Shown here: positions 62,467 to 64,000 of the stretch, in pieces
Layout of the letters: the number at the start of each line of letters is the position of its first letter
Position numbering within the stretch: position 1 is the first letter of the stretch
From: an uncultured Lachnospiraceae bacterium
GTDB taxonomy: Bacteria > Bacillota > Clostridia > Lachnospirales > Lachnospiraceae
Assembly: GCA_946407725.1 (NCBI GenBank)
Contig: CAMJPM010000004.1
Coordinates: 6,488-70,487, forward strand
Length of the DNA: 64,000 nucleotides
Direction: 5' to 3'
Notes under the pieces: model-generated
Seen by the model: only the letters and a program-made list of their open reading frames with translations
Databases searched by the model: none
What the model was told of the DNA's origin: nothing
Translations under genes and position numbers: made by a program

Positions 62467-64000
62467 ATGGCAAACAAATGGGTCTACACCTTCAAAGAGG
62501 GTAACATGTCCATGAGAAATCTGCTGGGAGGCAAGGGCGCAAACCTTGCGGAAATGACCGAGATAGGTCTTCCGGTACCCCAGGGCTTCACCATTACTAC
62601 AGAGGCCTGCACCCAGTATTATGAGGACGGCAGAAAGATCAACGACGAGATCATGAGCCAGGCTATGGAAGGCGTTGCCTGGATGGAAAAGGAAAACGGA
62701 AAGAAGTTCGGCGATCTCGATAATCCCCTTCTGGTTTCAGTGCGTTCCGGTGCCCGGGCATCCATGCCGGGTATGATGGATACAATTCTCAATCTTGGTC
62801 TTAATGATGACGTTGTTGCGGCCATGATAAAGGGAAATCCCGATCCTGCGTTTGAGCGTTTTGTATATGATTCATACCGCCGTTTCATCCAGATGTTCTC
62901 TGATGTGGTTATGGAAGTGGGCAAGAAGTATTTCGAGCAGCTCATCGACAAGATGAAAGAGACAAAGGGCGTTAAATTTGACGTAGACCTTACAGCTGCA
63001 GACCTTAAGGAGCTTGCCGAGCAGTTCAAGGCCGAATACAAGAACCAGCTGGGAAAAGACTTTCCTTCAGACCCTGTAGAGCAGCTGAAGCTTGCCATAG
63101 AAGCAGTGTTCCGCTCATGGGATAACCCGAGGGCAAATGTTTACCGCCGTGACAATGATATCCCTTACAGCTGGGGAACAGCAGTAAACGTAATGCCTAT
63201 GGTATTCGGAAACTTAAATAACGATTCCGGAACAGGCGTGGCCTTTACCCGTGATCCCGCCACAGGAGAAAAGAAGCTCATGGGTGAGTTCTTAAAGAAC
63301 GCCCAGGGTGAAGACGTGGTTGCAGGCGTGCGTACACCCATGCCCATAGCACAGATGGAGCAGGAATTCCCTGAAGCATATAAGCAGTTCATAGAGGTCT
63401 GCGACACTCTTGAAAATCACTATCATGACATGCAGGACATGGAGTTCACAGTAGAGAACAAGAAGCTCTATATGCTCCAGTGCCGTAACGGTAAGAGGAC
63501 AGCCCAGGCTGCCCTGAAGATCGCCTGTGATCTGGTGGATGAGGGACATAAGACAGAGGAAGAGGCTGTTGCCATGATCGATCCCAGAAATCTGGACACC
63601 CTCTTACATCCCCAGTTTGATGCTGCTGCCCTTAAGGCTGCAACACCTATAGGAAAGGGTCTTGGCGCTTCTCCCGGAGCTGCCTGCGGAAAGATCGTAT
63701 TTACAGCTGATGATGCGGTTGCATGGGCAGATAAGGGCGAAAAGGTTATCCTTGTACGTCTGGAGACCAGCCCCGAGGATATCACGGGAATGAAGTCAGC
63801 AGAAGGAATTCTCACTGTCCGTGGCGGAATGACCAGCCATGCCGCAGTTGTGGCCCGCGGAATGGGAGAGTGCTGTGTATCCGGATGCGGCGATATTGCA
63901 ATGGATGAAGAGAACAAGAAGTTTACCCTGGCCGGAAAGGAATTCCACGAGGGAGACTTTATCTCAATAGACGGTACCACAGGTAATATCTATGACGGAG
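62467..64000 (+). CDS. ppdK: Pyruvate, phosphate dikinase (5' part; continues beyond the window)
   Basis: Not in the ORF track because there is no stop in the window. My translation from ATG 62467 (GGAGG at 62454) gives MANKWVYTFKEGNMSMRNLLGGKGANLAEMTEIGLPVPQGFTITTEAC...VRSGARASMPGMMDTILNLGLND...RGGMTSHAAVVARGMG (catalytic His loop). Confidence 0.9.
   Translation, partial: MANKWVYTFKEGNMSMRNLLGGKGANLAEMTEIGLPVPQGFTITTEACTQYYEDGRKINDEIMSQAMEGVAWMEKENGKKFGDLDNPLLVSVRSGARASMPGMMDTILNLGLNDDVVAAMIKGNPDPAFERFVYDSYRRFIQMFSDVVMEVGKKYFEQLIDKMKETKGVKFDVDLTAADLKELAEQFKAEYKNQLGKDFPSDPVEQLKLAIEAVFRSWDNPRANVYRRDNDIPYSWGTAVNVMPMVFGNLNNDSGTGVAFTRDPATGEKKLMGEFLKNAQGEDVVAGVRTPMPIAQMEQEFPEAYKQFIEVCDTLENHYHDMQDMEFTVENKKLYMLQCRNGKRTAQAALKIACDLVDEGHKTEEEAVAMIDPRNLDTLLHPQFDAAALKAATPIGKGLGASPGAACGKIVFTADDAVAWADKGEKVILVRLETSPEDITGMKSAEGILTVRGGMTSHAAVVARGMGECCVSGCGDIAMDEENKKFTLAGKEFHEGDFISIDGTTGNIYDG

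Noticed and set aside
62619-63980. Four minus-strand ORFs (159, 80, 85 and 170 aa)
   Set aside because: They are antisense to ppdK, whose + strand translation carries diagnostic motifs. Their sequences are Ser/Pro/Ala-rich and low in complexity.
1-64000. CRISPR arrays, tRNA/rRNA genes, integrases and IS transposases
   Set aside because: I found no regularly spaced direct repeats, no cloverleaf-like or rRNA-like segments, and no DDE or tyrosine/serine recombinase ORFs. The only mobility-associated gene is the Rpn-like nuclease.

Overview
Clostridia/Lachnospiraceae-like chromosomal window (inferred from gene content and codon style), coded almost entirely on the + strand. (1) 1-2200: the 3' part of a surface-protein gene, apparently frameshifted, then a Phd/YefM-YoeB toxin-antitoxin pair with a broken toxin. 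(2) 2200-7527: alpha/beta hydrolase, a MurF-like ligase with a membrane N-terminus, Ddl, and a degenerate-GGDEF/intact-EAL protein. (3) 7618-62287: a ~55 kb cell-envelope glycan super-locus. It holds CDP-3,6-dideoxyhexose genes (rfbF/G/H) with a YerE-like ThDP enzyme and an HMGL-type aldolase. It also holds two YfhO GT-C proteins plus a GtrB-like GT2, several GT2/GT8 transferases, a Wzx-like flippase, and an amide-ligase-rich block (3 ATP-grasp, 2 QueC-like PP-loop, radical SAM, UDP-HexNAc 6-dehydrogenase, embedded NitT/TauT-type ABC importer). Further genes are a CMP-sialic-acid set (neuC x2, neuA, neuB), a TviC/WbpP-like epimerase and an LTD-CotH kinase. Four LtaS-like sulfatase-domain paralogs sit next to three divergent GDPD-like domains, one pair fused into a single protein. 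The locus is interrupted at 43271-47529 by a hairpin-dense non-coding stretch, a secreted triple-PPC-domain protein and an Rpn/PD-(D/E)XK nuclease. (4) 62467-64000: the 5' part of ppdK, absent from the ORF track because it runs off the window. I consider the LtaS-like/GDPD-like module and the amide-ligase block the best candidates for undescribed biology. Several repeat or hairpin families occupy the few intergenic gaps: a 19-nt terminal inverted repeat (TIR) motif, an 84-bp insertion flanked by direct repeats, and a ~190-nt rod-like palindrome. No tRNA, rRNA or CRISPR array was seen. All family assignments come from reading motifs by eye and need HMM or structure confirmation.
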